Source of the DNA: Cetorhinus maximus
Lineage: Eukaryota
Assembly: GCF_964194155.1 (NCBI RefSeq)
Contig: NC_135892.1
Span: 105,214,001 to 105,278,000 of the forward strand
Direction of reading: 5' to 3'
DNA length: 64,000 nt
Shown here: in pieces, positions 50,541 to 63,130 of the stretch
Numbering within the stretch: position 1 is the first letter of the stretch
How the letters are laid out: each line of letters starts with the position of its first letter
Position numbers and translations under genes: made by a program
Notes under the pieces: model-generated
What the model saw: the letters and a program-made list of their open reading frames with translations, nothing else
Database searches by the model: none
What the model was told of the DNA's origin: nothing

Positions 50541-51261
50541 TGGTTATGAATAGTTAGGTAATAATGGAACAGATGAGGTATAACTTGTACAAAGTATAAC
50601 TGATGATTCAATTCACTTTTTGAAAGTTGTCTATTCCTCATTTCAATTAAATTCAATTATCTGGTAATCTGAATTTGTGAGAGAACATTCCCACTTTAAA
50701 TTGTTATTTACATAACCTTAATTCAAATTAGTGGATAATTTTATGTTTTTACTGCAAAAAGCAACATTGTTGTAGTTTTTTCTTTCTAGTTCACCTGCTT
50801 TGTCCAGGTCACCTTAACTGTGATAAGATGGGTACGTGATCTGCATTTCACATTTGTAACAATGTTGCTTAAAGTCCATTGTCAGAAGGGCTATTGTGGT
50901 CTCCATTGACTTCCTGTCACCAATTGAGGCACAGAATTTCTTCCAGCAGCATGGGAAAGACTTAGAATTCAAAAGCATGCAGGATCAAATGTACATCTTC
51001 TATTGGGGGTGGGTGGGAGAATGTAAATTATGAAATGCAGAGGAAGAGAAATGGGAGCTGAATATGTCTCAATCTGTTACAATCAAACTGGACTTTATTT
51101 TATTAAAGCAAGAACAAGGTCCACATATATACATTATATCTGCTCAACAGGGTTGAGACACGAACAGGTCCCTTCCAATCCAAATGTTAGATATTCTTTC
51201 ACTCATGAAGGATGAGCATTTAAGATGATTTTTCTTATAAAGTAAAACAAAGTGATCTTAC

Positions 51262-51415
51262 CCAAACTAGCTAATCCAAACATTTGGTAGAAGTCCCACT
51301 CTTTGGCATAACGAATTATATCTGTAGGATCAACAGTTTGCTGTGAATCCTGCAGCTGTGACCACCTAAGATATGCTTCACACAACAAGCAGAATATGCA
51401 TAGCTTCCAATGAAT
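51262..51415 (-). CDS. ARV1: ARV1 coding exon 3
   Basis: cag|[51 protein letters not shown]+G|gtaaga, 154 nt. Confidence 0.96.
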
Positions 51416-51767
51416 CTGAAGGAAAAGGTTACCAAAGAAATCATTGAATTAACCATGTTCATATTTTAAAAGGCTAAACAAAAAGATTTATGCATGAATA
51501 ATGGAAACTGAAGGAGTGTGTTTCTTGGTGCCTTTTAACAGAACACTCAATACAGAGTTAATGCCTTCAGGAAGAAATGGTAGAAAATTGTGAAGGGAAA
51601 TAAGACAGCATATTGATTACTGTGACAAGAAGGGTGTTATCATCAATAGTTAAATTTACTAGAAAATAATCAGTCATATGATGCACAACAAGGATACTTG
51701 TATTGTATTTTCTTGTAATTACCGAGGAACTCACTGTGAAGTAGTACTAAAATTTAAAAGTACTTAC

Positions 51768-51887
51768 ATTAATCTTGGTATTGAGGATTATATGCCTATA
51801 AGCTTGAACTTTACATAAAATTGCATCAATGAGAATGATCACTGGGTCATATTCAATATACTTGTCAACCGGTTTCTGGCATGACTT
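51768..51887 (-). CDS. ARV1: ARV1 coding exon 2
   Basis: cag|[40 protein letters not shown]|gtaagt, 120 nt. Confidence 0.96.
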
Positions 51888-54019
51888 CTGAAAGTAAAAA
51901 TTTTAATTATTTTTTTCAGTCCCACTGATCTATTATTTGCTCTATTAGGTTAACATTTACTGGATGACATTTGTGGATCTGTAGACAAATTATATGACAT
52001 AAGCACTACAGTGACCCTAGAGCTATAATGTCATTGTATATTAATGAAAAAAAGCACTTTGATTAAATGAAATAAGAGCTAGGAATGTAAGAAATAAGAG
52101 TAGATAATTACTAAAGTTAAAAAAATGTAACAGTGTGTGAAGTAAATTAATTGCACAAAAAAGAAAATGGATGTGGACTTTTATGTAGCACAGGCCAAAA
52201 TTTAAATTACGTGCCACTCTCCCACTTGGGAGTTCGGAGTCTGTCTTTTTAAAAAATTCATTCCTGGCGCAAAAGAGTGCTGCATTATCAGAGATGCCAT
52301 TTTTTAGATAAGACCTGAAACCAAAGCTCCACGTGCCTTGTCCATCACAAAGAGCATGGTGTTTGCCCAGCAGCTGGGTCAAGATTTACCCTTCCACCAA
52401 CATCATCAAAACAGATTAACTGACTATTTGTTCTATTGCTGTTTGTAAGACCTTAGAGTGCACAAATTGACTGCCAGGTCTCCTTACCTTACCAATGCTC
52501 AAAGAAAAGGAACAATCTGGCTGCGAAGCACATTGGGATATTTTGAGGTTGCGAAAGTTGCTACATAAGTGCAATTTCTTTCTTTCTTTCATAAAGATCT
52601 GGGGGGGTTACTTAATTGGGCCAGCCTATCAATAATGTAGCTACGATAGCAAGGGAGAATCTGTGACAAACTGATTTCCTGCTGATGCCTCAATGCTTCT
52701 CCACTATCTAAAGACTCAAGAAAGGAGTTTGATGGAATACTCACCACTCACCTGGAATTGGTGCACGTACAAAAACACTCGGAGCTTAACCATTCTGGGC
52801 AAAGTAGTCTGCATAATCAATGTCCCAATTGTTGAACTGAATATGCCCCCAACCACCCCCACATTTGAGTCACATACCACCATTGACTTGGACCCAGATA
52901 AAGACACAAGCTGCTTTTATACAATGCCTTTCATGACCTCAGGACCTCCACAATACTTTTCTGTCAACAAGGCACTTTTTGGAAATGCAGTTACTGATGT
53001 AATAGCATCATAGGAACAGGAGTCGCCATTTAGCCCCTCGCGCCTCTTCTGTCGCCAGTCAGAGATTATGGCTGATCTGCGACTTAGCTCCATGTACACA
53101 TCTTTGCCCAATATCCCTTAATAAATTTGACAAAAATGTATCAATCCCAATTTTAAAATTAAGTGATCTAGCATCAATTACCATTTGCATAAGAGAACTC
53201 CAAACTAAATGTAGAAAACATGGCAACCAATTTTCACAAAGCTAAGTTCAGCAAAATAAATGACCACATATTGTATTTTAATTATGTTATTTGACGTTAA
53301 CTTCCATCTGGACGCTGGTGAGAATTCTCCTCCCTTTTAATAGTGCCATGGATCCTTTACATCAAGACATCTTATCCAGAAAAGGAACCTCCAATAGTGC
53401 AGTGCTCCCTCAGTACTCCACTGGAGTATTAGCCTAGATTACGTGCTCAAGACTCTGGCTTTGCACCCACAACTCAAGAGGTAGGAGTGCTTATGCACTA
53501 AACCACAGCTGACACCGTTGCTGGGTCTATCCTGGAAATCTGGACCAAACACTCTGTGAGGGCACCATGATCACAAGGACTGCAACAATTTAAAGAGAAG
53601 GCCCACCACCAGCTTCTCAGGACAAAGATGAGCGATAAACGAAGTCTTGGCTCAAGATCCCAAAATCAAATGGAGAAAAGAAATGAACACATGACTTTAG
53701 ACTCCAAAATAAAAGTGGGGAGAATGGATAGTCTATGTTTTGTATTCACGCCATTAGATAATGGTGGCCTAGCTGGCGACACCCACTTCCTGTGAAAGAA
53801 TTTTTTTAAAATCTGAAATTATAGAAATTTACAGCATGGAAGGAGGCCATTCAGCCCATCATGTCCACACAGGCCAACCATTAGTCAGCCTCAGCCCACT
53901 TTCCAGTTCATGGTCCATAGTCTTGTGCGTTTACAGCACTTCAAACACTTACCCAAGAATTTTTCAATGTTATGAGGGTTTCTGCCTCCACCAACCTTTT
54001 AGGCAGTGAGTCAGTTCCA

Positions 54020-55320
54020 GATAGGCAAGATATGGGCTCATGGAGTTTGGGGTAATATACTAGCATGGATAGAGAATTGGTTAACAGGCAGGAAACAGGG
54101 TATTAACAGGGCATTTTCAAGTTGATGGGCTGTGACTAGTGAAGTGCTGCAAGGATCAGTGCTGGAGTCTTAGCTATTTACAATCTACATTAATGACTTA
54201 GATTAAGAGACAGAGAACAATGGATCTAAGTTTGCTGTTGATATAAAGCTAGGCAGAAAGGTAAGCTGTGAGGAAGACACAGAGGCTGAAAAGAGATATA
54301 GACGGGTTCAGTAAGTGGGCAACAAGATAACAGATGAGGTACATAATGTGGGGAAGTATAAAGTTGTTGACTTTAGTCATAAGCAAAGTATTTTTTTTAA
54401 AGTGTAAAACTTAAATGTTGACAATCAGAAGAACTTGCATGTCAAGTCCCAAGTGATAAGGGACACAGAAAGTTGGCATACAGGTACAGGAAGCAATTAG
54501 GAAGGCAAGTAACATGTTAGCCTTTACTGCAAGGGGATTGGGGTACAAGAACAAAGGAGTCTTGTTACGATTGTACAGGGTTTTGGTGAGACCACATCTG
54601 GAATACTGTGTCGTTTTGATCTTCAGACTTAAGGAAAGGTACACTTGCATTGGAGGTGGTACAGCAAAGGTTCACTAGATTGGTCCCTGGGATGATGGGG
54701 TTGGCCTATGATGAGAAGCTGATTAAATTCAGCCTATATTTTCTGTAGTTTAGAAGAACGAGAGGTGATATCATTGAAACATATGAGATTCTGAAGGGAC
54801 TTAACACAGTAGATGCTGAGAGATTATTTCCGCTAGTCAGGGAATCGAAAACACAGGGGTAATGTCTCAGGATAAGGAAGAACTTCAGTTACTTGGCTAG
54901 ATTGGAGAAGTTGGGATTGTTTTCCTTGGAAAACAGAAGGTTGAGAGGAGAATTGATAAAGGTATTCAAAATCATGAGGGGCATAGAAAGAGTAGATAGC
55001 AAGAAACTAGTCCCACGATGGAAGGATCGAAAACCAGAGAGCACAGATTTAATGTAATTGGTGAAAGAAGCAATGGAGACATGAGAAAAAGGTGTTCATT
55101 CAGCAAATGGGTAGGATTTGGAATGGACTGCCTGAGAGTGTGGTGGAGGCAGAGTCAATTGAGGCATTCAAAAGGGAATTGGATTGTTATCTGAAAAGGA
55201 AGAATGTTTAGGCTACAGGGAGAAGGCCGAGGGAATAGCACTAGGTGAACTGCTCCTTCAGTGGGCCAACACAGCGACAGCTAGCCGAACTGCCTCCTTC
55301 TATGCTGTAACCATACTATG
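54020..55320 (+). mobile_element. Two tandem CR1 fragments in ARV1 intron 1
   Basis: QGSVL..LFTIYINDL RT remnant and LVRPHLEYC. A second CR1 3' end starts at ~54885. Confidence 0.75.
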
Positions 55321-55369
55321 TGATTCTACAGATGGCACTTTGGGGGGGGGGGGGGGATTCTGAACTTAC

Positions 55370-55465
55370 ACATATGGTTATCTTGATGATGCCATGGCTG
55401 TAGTCCCTGTGCAGTTCCGACGCCTCCTCATTGCATTCAACGCACCGGTACGGCGGCGCCGACAT
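55370..55465 (-). CDS. ARV1: ARV1 coding exon 1
   Basis: MSAPPYRCVECNEEASELHRDYSHGIIKITIC|gtaagt. Contains the ARV1 homology domain zinc-binding CxxC. Confidence 0.95.
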
Positions 55466-55751
55466 TCCGACGAACGGCTGTTCACTTTCAAGAGCGCGAG
55501 GCCCAGACCAACCGTCCGTCCCCCACCCCAGCACCTCGCAGTTGCCTGGTTACCAGCTCGCGGCGCTGGGAGCGGTGGAGAGGTCGTTGGAGAGGGCGCC
55601 GCGCAATACCCGACGGGAGATGTAGTCTCCCTCCGATGATGTAAACTCGCTTTCGACTCGGGAGAACTACATGACCCAGAGGGCACTGCGGCAGTGCCGC
55701 CACTTCCCCTCCCCCCTATGTTTCGAAGAAGTAGCAGGGCAAAAAAAAAAG
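55466..55751. promoter_or_regulatory. ARV1/TTC13 bidirectional CpG-island promoter with paired ZNF143/THAP11-type motifs
   Basis: 286 bp between divergent ATGs, CpG-rich. ACTACATGACCCAGAGGGCACTGCG at 55666-55690 (+) and ACTACATCTCCCGTCGGGTATTGCG at 55602-55626 (-). A YY1-like AAGATGGC overlaps the TTC13 ATG. Confidence 0.8.
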
Positions 55752-55938
55752 ATGGCAGCTGCCAGTCAGCGAGTCGCGGCGGCGGTTGTTGCTCAATTTT
55801 TATTGTTTTCTCTGTGTCGTTCGGCATGGGCCGAATACTTCTCTTCCCTCTTGTCCTTTAGTAGCAATAGCCAGATGCAGAAGCAAGGCTGCGTCACTCA
55901 GTCTGAATTTGGGAACTCGGAAGACTTCGTGGAGTGCG
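55752..55938 (+). CDS. TTC13: TTC13 coding exon 1 (signal-peptide-like N-terminus)
   Basis: MAAASQRVAAAVVAQFLLFSLCRSAWAEYFSSLL...GCVTQSEFGNSEDFVEC+G|gtgaga, phase 1. Resembles human ...EHYSPLSLL...GCSPQSGDWGDQYSAEC. Head-to-head with ARV1, as in human. Confidence 0.88.
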
Positions 55939-57509
55939 GTGAGAGCCTGGACTTTTATTTTTTGCCACGTCCTTTTTTTTGCCCATTGCGAATTCTTTCT
56001 GATTTCCGCATCCGCAGTCAGGACAGGTACCTGCTAAAGTCACTGTGGCGATTGGGTCCAGGCAGGGTGGCATTTATGGATTTATTTTCTTAAACATGCA
56101 TTCCATATACTCTGAAGTTTCTGGGGAAAAAGTGACATTTATAAAAGCAGTTTGGGCTGTTCTTGTGCACAACAAATCAATGGTTCAGTTTTAATGACTG
56201 TTCAAAAAGTATCTGATCTTATTAGTGCATTCTTCATTTCCTCATCCCTTTTACAAGCGCAACAGCAAATTGAGCCTTTAATGTAGTGAACATGTCAAGG
56301 TCCTTCACGTGGTCACCAATTATATAGGAAAAATACGGGCGGTGATCAAAAGCAGAGGCAAGAAGGTTTTTGAAGGTAAGAGAAATGGGAAACTACAGGG
56401 ATTGACGGAGGGAGTTATAGTGAGGTCAGCGATGGGTGTTTTTTAAAATCAAATGTGACTATCGGAAAAGTCAGTTATGACTTCAAGGTTCAATTGGAAT
56501 TCTCAATAGTAAATAGAAACATTCATTTGGTAAAGCAGTATATCTGCTGTCACGGTAATGCAGAGCATGGACAACAGGTGTGTTGATCCTGGACGCTTTG
56601 AGCTGAAATGTGTACACTTTGAATACTAGGAAAGATATTTATATTTTGTCCTAAATGGTAAATTTGTCTCCAGTGTCTTATTAGAAGATAAGTGACACTG
56701 TTATTAGTATACTGAAAACATAACTGTAAAGAATGTCAGTCATGTGGAGAGGACAGCTGCTGTTAGCCAATTTTGTTTACTGCCTCCATTGTGAAGGATT
56801 GGTATTTACTGCCGATTCAGTCACCTGTTTGTTGGTGTCTATTTTAAAAAGGCACCAGGTTTATGGAAAATTGTTAGCAAACTATTTGTCATTTGTTTAT
56901 GTACAATGATGAGATACTAATGATGTTGAAATAGAAACAGAAACTAGGAGCAGGAGTAGGCCCTTCGAGCCAGCTCCGCCATTCATTATGATCATGGCTG
57001 ATCATCCAACTCAATAGCCTGCTCCCGCTTTCTCCCCATACCCTTTGATCCCTTTCACTTTCAATTGACTGCATTGTTCTAAAAGTGATACAACTTGTAT
57101 TTATATATCTTTATGAGTTCGTCTACCATTGCAAAATAAAAGGGATTGTAAGCTCTTGCTTATTGCCATGGAATATTTTTTTGGCTACTTTCTCAGGAGT
57201 GCAGTTTCACTCTGTTTCGCTATTTGTGTGTGTGAGCTTTGACTATGAATGTTGAGAGGTTAGTTGTGCAAGATCACAGGACAACCATGAGGGGTGGGAA
57301 TTCAGGCTGTTTTCCCTTCTCTAATCCAAAGAGCTGAGGGAAATTAGGAGTTGCCCTCTTGCTGCTCTGATTGGGGGGTGAATCTTTTGGGTGGTGTATT
57401 CCACATCAACACAAAGTAAGACCTGCATTTATATTGTGCTTATCACAACCGCAAGAAATCCCAAAACGCTTTAACTTTTGAAGTGTAGTCATTGTTTTAA
57501 TACTGGAAC

Positions 57510-58375
57510 TTTTCATTCATGGGATGTGGGCTTGGCTGGCTAGGCCAGCATTTATTGCCCATCCCTAATTGCCCTTGAGAAGGTGGTGGTGAGCTGCCTT
57601 CTTGAACCACTGCAGTCCATGTGGTGTATGTAGGTACACCCACAGTGCTGTTAGGAAGGGAGTTCCAGGATTTTGACCCAGCGACAGTGAAGGAACGTGA
57701 TATATTTCCAAGTCAGGATGGTGAGTGACTTGGAGGGGAACTTCTAGGTGGTGGTGTTCCCATCTCTCTGCTACCCTTATCCTTCTAGGTGGTAGTAGTC
57801 ATTGATTTGGAAGGTGCTGTCGAAGGAGCCTTGGTGAATTCCTGCAGTGCATCTTGTACACTGCTGTTACTGCGTATCGGTAGTGGAGGGAGTGAATGTT
57901 TGTGAATGTGGTGCCAATCAAGTGGACTGCTTTGTCCTGGATGATGTCAAGCTTATTTTGTGTTGTGGGAGCTTCACTCATCCAGGCAAGTGGGGAGTAT
58001 TCCATCACACTCCTGACTTGTGCCTTGTGGACAGGCTTTGGGGAGTCAGGAGGTGAGTTATTCATCACACAATTCCTAGTCTCTGACCTGATCTTGTAAC
58101 CACAGTATTTATATGGCTAGTCCAGTTCAGTTTCTGGTCAATGGTTGATAGTGGGGGATTCAGTGATGGTAATGCCATTGAACATCAAGGGGCGATGGTT
58201 GGATTCTCTCTTGCTGGAGATGGTCATTGCCTGACACTTGTGTGGCACGAACGTTACTTGCCACTTGTTAGCTCAAGGCTGGATATTGTCCAGGTCTTGC
58301 TGTATTTGGACATGGACTGCTTCATTATCTGAGGAGTCGCGAATGGTGCTGGACATTGTGCAATCATCAGCGAAC
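57510..58375 (-). mobile_element. CR1-type (HER1-like) LINE 3' fragment
   Basis: KAQVRSVMEYSPLAWM motif. Homologous to 10100-10915. Confidence 0.8.
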
Positions 58376-59918
58376 TGCAGTGACTGATTTCTACATCACA
58401 AGGTACACAAACAGCAATGTGATAATGACCAGATAATCTGTTTTAGTGATGTTGATTAAGGGACAAATATTGGCCAGGACGTGATGAAGAAGCAAAGTAT
58501 GCTTTGCTTCAAATTATGCCATGGGATCTTTTATGTCTACCTACGAGGGCAGATGGGAAGACTGTTTAATGTCTCATCTAAAACACAACCCAGTAACAGA
58601 CTAGTTAGGCTTACTGGAGAAAGACATGGGAAGCTTTTGAAAAGCTTATTTTCTCCTTTCTACATTTTTGCTTTTACTTCCTGAATCTAGCTGAAAGGAG
58701 ATGCACAAGAATAATAAGGAATTATTCATCTAACTCACCAATGAAGAGCACTTGTCCTCTCATCAACACTCCCCACAGCAACCTCAAATTTATACCATAA
58801 TGATTTGGCAATATAGCACTGTTTGCATTTGTAGCCCATTCCTAATTGCTTGGACATAGTAAATGTTGATCCTCCTGCTATCAGTCTTGGATCCCTTTCT
58901 CACAGCATTTAGTTCAGCACCATTTATCAATTATATTGATTGGAAATAGATGCATCATGGCCCCTTTGGAGTTGATATGGCTCTCATCTGACTTGCCCAC
59001 TGATGGAAGATTGTAACAAAGCTAATCCTGAGCTAAACTAAGTTAAAACTGTAGATTCAGTCATGTACTAGCTGAGCTGGGCAGTACTGCAGTTATCTAG
59101 ATAGCAGTTAATTGACCTGTCATTATTGGCACATCAGTGGAACCTGGAGGACTAGGTGGCTCCTTGCCTATGCCCAGGTAACCCTGTCATCCAGTAATCC
59201 AGTTATGATCTTGGCTGGATAAGTAGCAGGAAGCTTAACCAAATGCTCCATGATAGTAAGCTGCCTGGTTTTAGTTGTCTAATCTTCAGCACCACAACTG
59301 CACGCGTTTGAGGATCTGAGCTTTGGCTCTCGTTAACTGTATCTAAGATCTCCAGACTTGGATAAGAGTATGCACCGTTACGGTCTCGGTAGAGACCAAT
59401 AACTTTCTTTTTAAAAAAAATCCAAAATCCCAGTTATTTACTAAAAGAATTAAGCCACAAGATTCCACAATTTAAAACAGAAGACTTTTTAACAATACAA
59501 GAGTCAAACAAAGCAAACACTAAATAATGTCTTAGAAAACAACCTATACTCAAACCCAGCATCAACATATGTCAGACATGAATTCGCAAGCAAATTGTGG
59601 TCGATTATAAACTATAAATTACACATTAAATTGCAGATACAACTAAGACAGATGTTAAGAATTTTCTCAACAGTCTACTAGCATATAGATATATGAACAT
59701 ACGAACAAGGAGCGGGATTGGTCATTCAACCCCTTGAGCCTGCTTTGCCATTTAATAAGATCATGGCTGATCTGATAGTAAACTGAAATCTGCATCCTAC
59801 CTACCCTGATAACCTATCACCCTCTTGCTTACCAAGATCTATCCGCCTCTGCCTTAAAAACATTCAAAGACTCTGCTTCCACCACCCTTCCAGAAAGAGA
59901 GTCCCAAAGACTCACGAC

Positions 59919-61210
59919 CAAAGCACTTTCCAAAATGGCGCTTCTGACATGTCTTCCTTTTTCCTTAACTGAGGTTTCCCACCCACTGTGGTTGACAGGG
60001 CCTTCAACCATCGTGCCTCTGCCCTCCCTCCCAGAACCATGATAGGGGCCCCCCTTGTCTTCAGTTTCACCCCACCAGCCTCTGCATTCAAAGGATCAAA
60101 CTCTGCCATTTTCGCCAACTCCGGCATGATGTCACAGCCAAACACATTCCCCCCCCCCCCTCCTCCAAATCAGCATTCCATAGGGACCGTTCCCTCCCGG
60201 ATACCCTGGTCCACTCCTCCATCACTCCCAATGCCTCATCCCCTTCCCACGGCACCTTCCCATGCAATCACAGAAGGTGCAACACCTGCCCCTTTACCTC
60301 CTCATCGTCCAAGGTCTAACCACTCCTTTCAGGTGAAGTTGTGCTTCTCTTGCACTTCCTGCAATTTTGTCTACTGCATTCACTACTCCCAATGTGTTCT
60401 CCTCTGCATTGGGGAGACCAAACGCAGACTGGGTGACTGCTTTGCGAAACACCTTCAGTCTGTCCGCAAGCATGACCCAGACATTTGCCATTTCAACACA
60501 CCATCCTGCTCTCATGCCCACATGTCCGTCCTTGGCCTGCCGCAATGTTCCAGTAAAGCCCAACGCAAATTGGAGGAACAGCACCTCATCTTCCAATTAG
60601 GCACTTTACAGCCTTCTGCACTCAACATTGAGTTCAACAACTTCAGACCATGAACTCTCTCCTCTATCTTCACCCCCTTTTTTAATCCCCTTTTTTAAAA
60701 TGTATTTTTATTTTTTATCCATCAATTTTCATTTTTATTCATTTATTCATTGTTTTATACCCTTTTTTAGTCCCCTTTTATCCATCTTTCCTCAACCACC
60801 GCCCTCTCCCCCACCCACTCCCTAAAGGGCCATCTGTTACTTGTTCCATGTTCTTTCATAGAGTGCCTACCCTTGTTCTGCTATTAACACATTCTGCTTC
60901 CCTATCTTTATGCCACTATCAGCACCTCCTTTAGCCCTTACCACTACCATTAACACTCCCTTTGTCTTTTTGTCCATGACATTTTTGTCAATGTCTCCTT
61001 AGCCCCCACCTATGGCTGACCTTCTTTCCAGCTTCACCTGCTCCACCCTCTTTAAAAAGTATAAATTTCATCACATTTCTACCTCTCTTTAGCTCTGAAA
61101 AGGGTCTCACAGACTTGAAACGTTAACTCTGTTTCTGTCTCCACAGATGCTGTCAGACCTGCTGAGTTTTCCAGCATTTTCTGTTTTTTACTTCAGATTT
61201 CCAACAACCG
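59919..61210 (+). mobile_element. Penelope-like retroelement 3' part (GIY-YIG endonuclease)
   Basis: ORF 59988-60653 includes NFVYCIHYSQCVLLCIGETKRRLGDCFAKH...RKLEEQHLIFQLGTLQPSALNIEF. The terminal repeat has a degenerate hammerhead at ~61091-61128. Confidence 0.85.
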
Positions 61211-61494
61211 CTTAATTGGCTATTAAAAGTTCTGTTATAGTCTCTCTTTTTCAACCTCAGATCAGCATTTTACCCCACACAGCACCACAGGACAACTGGT
61301 GGTACTAAAAGTTTCATTTTCTCTCCACTTTCATTTACAATAGAGCATACAGTTTGTTCTTTTAAACCTGCTTCAGTTTAATACTCAGTAGAGAATTTTA
61401 TTTGTAGATTAACCATTTGAAATGTACATAAAGTAGTTTCACTCTTGCTCCACTCAAAAGTTCTACTGATCCCAATTGCTAATCTATTTCAAGC

Positions 61495-62125
61495 AGTTAA
61501 TAAGGTATATGGAATCCTTCATAAATAGAGATAAAAGCAAGGAAATTATGGTGAATCTTTATACAACACTGGTTCAGCCTCAAATGGAGAATTGTGTCCA
61601 ATTCTGGGCACTACACTGTAGGATGGAAGAGAAGACATTGGAGAGGGTGCAAGAAAAGACTTATGAGAGTGGTTCCAGGTATGAGAAACTTTAGTTAACG
61701 TGGATAGATTGGAAAAGCTAGGCTGTTCTCCTTGGAGAACCAAAGGTTGAGAGGATATTTGATCAAGGTGTTCAAAATCATGAGGAGAATGGACAAAGTA
61801 AACAGAGAGAAAACTATTCCCATCGGAAGCGTTGAGAACCAAAGGGCACAGATTTAAGGTGATTGGCAAAAGCACCAGAAGCGACATGAGGAAAAACTTT
61901 TTCACACCGCATGTGTTTAGGATCGCGAATGCACTGCCTGTGTGTGGTGAAGGCAGATTTAATCACGGCTTTCAAAGGGAATTAGTTAATTATCTAAAGA
62001 GAGAAATTATACAAGGCTACGGTAAATGGGCAGAGTGTGGGACTGGCCGGACAGCTCTTACAGAAAGCTGGCATTGATACGTTAAGCTGAATGACCACGA
62101 TCTGTGCTGTTACCGTTCTATGATT
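61495..62125 (+). mobile_element. CR1 LINE 3' fragment in TTC13 intron 1
   Basis: LYTTLVQPQMENCVQFW and RTKGHRFKVIG..RKNFFT motifs plus tail. Confidence 0.8.
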
Positions 62126-63035
62126 ATAGGTAACTGATTACAGTTTGATAGTTCATTTGATGCAAAGTCTTTTCATGCATGTGATGTTACAGTGTAATAA
62201 CGCATGTATAAATGCACATTTTAAAAATAGAAACAAATATATTTAAATATTATAGTCTATTCTGTGGAAATTTTTGTTTAGCGTGTGTTCATTGCTTTGA
62301 ATATGTAAAATAGCAGTATAATGGTATGCACTTAGCCCATTGCTATACTTTTTTTTTAAAAAGTCCTTACATCACTACCATCTTATTGCAATAAAACAGC
62401 ATGAATTATGTCACACAATTAAATACTTTGCAGTGCCAGGTTTTATGCAGAACAACATGGCATCCATTATGTACCAACAGCACCCCATAAGTAACATTGC
62501 GGTACTGGCAGATTTCTCCAGTCTTCAGTTAGTACCATAGGATCCTCCATGCCCACGTGAACAATCAGGGCAAAGAGACCTCTGCCTAATGCCTGATAAT
62601 GAAGCTAGCTAGCAGTTAGTACTATACAGCAGTGCTGGTCTGACCCTTGACCTCTGGTTTTGTTATTCAACAGATTCTATGTAAATTCTATGTTATATGT
62701 ATGTGAAAACTTTAACATTTTTTTCAGTTTTATATAGCCACAATGCTATTTTATCTTCCCAGTGGTCCTGTGAAGCTTTGCTTTTCTAAGTAACTCACGA
62801 AGCAAATATTTAAAATAAAGTGGGATTTAGTTTTTACAAAACAAGTTTGAAATAAAAACAAATAATGTCCATATTATGCAGCAGATCAGTCAGCACTCAT
62901 AAAATTAAGACAGATTATGATTCAGTTGTGTACCCTTCACCAGACTGAAGGTTGAGATTGAATGTAAAAATAAAGAGAAAAGGGGTTAAAGTGTGAAGTG
63001 ACTTAGTGAAAGGTTTGTTTTGCTTAATGTTTTAG

Positions 63036-63130
63036 AGTCTTCATTTCTGAATCCTGAAGACACTGACTGTATGCCTAGTGGGGCTCCACCATGTGAACCA
63101 GTGCTGTCCCTTGACACAGAGAAAATCCTG
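63036..63130 (+). CDS. TTC13: TTC13 coding exon 2
   Basis: tttag|(E)SSFLNPEDTDCMPSGAPPCEPVLSLDTEKIL|gtatgt, 95 nt. Matches human ESSFLNFHDSDCEPKGSSPCDSLLSLNTEKIL. Confidence 0.93.

Noticed and set aside
55671-55751. In-frame upstream ATG extending TTC13 by 27 aa
   Set aside because: It lies inside the ZNF143-type promoter motif, probably upstream of the TSS. ATG 55752 has a better Kozak context and starts the signal-peptide-like segment.
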